DNA from: Octopus sinensis
Taxonomy: Eukaryota
DNA: 64,000 nt
Assembly: GCF_006345805.1 (NCBI RefSeq)
Contig: NC_043021.1
Span: forward strand, 3,596,001 to 3,660,000
Direction: 5' to 3'
Below are positions 62,995-64,000 of this stretch, piece after piece (position 1 is the first letter of the stretch; each line of letters starts with the position of its first letter). The translations under genes and the position numbers were made by a program. Under the pieces are notes generated by a model. The model made no database searches, was not told the DNA's origin, and worked only from the letters and a program-made list of their open reading frames with translations.

Positions 62995-63149
62995 TGTGGT
63001 AAGTAGCTTGCTAACCAACCACATGGTTCCGGGTTCAGTCCCACTGCGTGGCACCTTGGGCAAGTGTCTGCTGCTATAGCCCCGGGCCGACCAATGCCTT
63101 GTGAGTGGATTTGGTAGACGGAAACTGAAAGAAGCCTGTCGTATATATG

Positions 63150-63180
<31 letters not shown>

Positions 63181-63392
63181 GTGTGTGTGTTTGTTTGTCC
63201 CCCTAGCATTGCTTGACAACCGATGCTGGTGTGTTTACGTCCCCGTCACTTAGCGGTTTGGCAAAAGAGACCTATAGAATAAGTACTGGGGTTACAAAGA
63301 ATAAGTCCCGGGGTCGATTTGCTCGACTAAAGGCGGTGCTCCAGCATGGCCGCAGTCAAATGACTGAAACAAGTAAAAGAGTAAAAGAGTAA
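62995..63392 (+). mobile_element. Family C (OR2-like) SINE, slightly 5'-truncated
   Basis: Near-identical to 42875 and to the reverse complement of 22365. Confidence 0.88.
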
Positions 63393-64000
63393 GAAAAAAA
63401 AAACATTCTTCCTCTTCCCTTTTTGACAATGATAAATACATTCTCATCTAACAGAGATGAACGATACAAATATATTGAACATATTGAACAGCTATTAGCA
63501 GACAACACTTTAAAGAATAATAATTAATGAGAAACAAAATACATTAAGAATTAAAAGATTGAATGAAAGAATATGACAAAGTAGTTCTGAAGACTGATGC
63601 AATTTTAGATCCAAACTAAAGGATAGTTTAATGACAATATTATTAGATTAAATAATCTGTCTCCACATCAAATGGATTTAAATGTTCGCAAATAAATTCT
63701 TAATTCTTATGTGGGAAGAAAATCATCCCTTCAAGAGATAAAGCAAATGGCAATTTAATAATATATTAACATTAGTTCTGACTTTACAAAGACAAAAAGG
63801 TTAATTGAAATGAAAATAATGCTCTGAGAATAGTAATGGATATTTTTAGTAACAAATTGGAATAAATGTTCTGTGGCTGAAGTCACAGTGTAAAATAAAA
63901 TAAAATAAAATAAAAACAAAACAAAATAAAAATAAATACACACATAATGAACTGATGAAATAAAACATTGATTAAAATGATTCAAAACAACAAATTTCCA

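Overview
AT-rich, intron- and repeat-dense animal genomic DNA. The SINE families and huge (TA/CA) microsatellites point to an octopus or other cephalopod; this is inference, with no database search. One protein-coding gene spans the window on the minus strand: a Slingshot (SSH) cofilin phosphatase. I traced 15 GT-AG coding exons from 40619 down to the stop at 2243. Their phases join into one uninterrupted frame of about 1430 codons, covering the SSH N-terminal domain, a DEK-C-like helix region, the dual-specificity phosphatase domain with HCKMGISRS, and a long low-complexity tail ending NPSFYSTM. The first coding exon was not securely found. The introns hold at least four SINE-type families, decayed RTE, CR1 and REL-endonuclease LINEs, TTAA-flanked piggyBac-like MITEs, TA-flanked Tc1/pogo-like elements, Helitron-type elements and large microsatellites. 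Most notable non-standard signals: (1) a minimal hammerhead-ribozyme-like motif at the 3' end of an ORF1/gag-only element, in the sense strand of an SSH intron; (2) a nearly intact tRNA-Val(AAC) fused to an RTE-type SINE tail; (3) two long loopless palindromes; (4) a homogeneous 21 x 14-bp array born inside a SINE; (5) tandem multimers of LINE 3' ends. There is no CRISPR array, rRNA or prokaryotic system. Coordinates were read by hand; repeat boundaries may be off by tens of bases.
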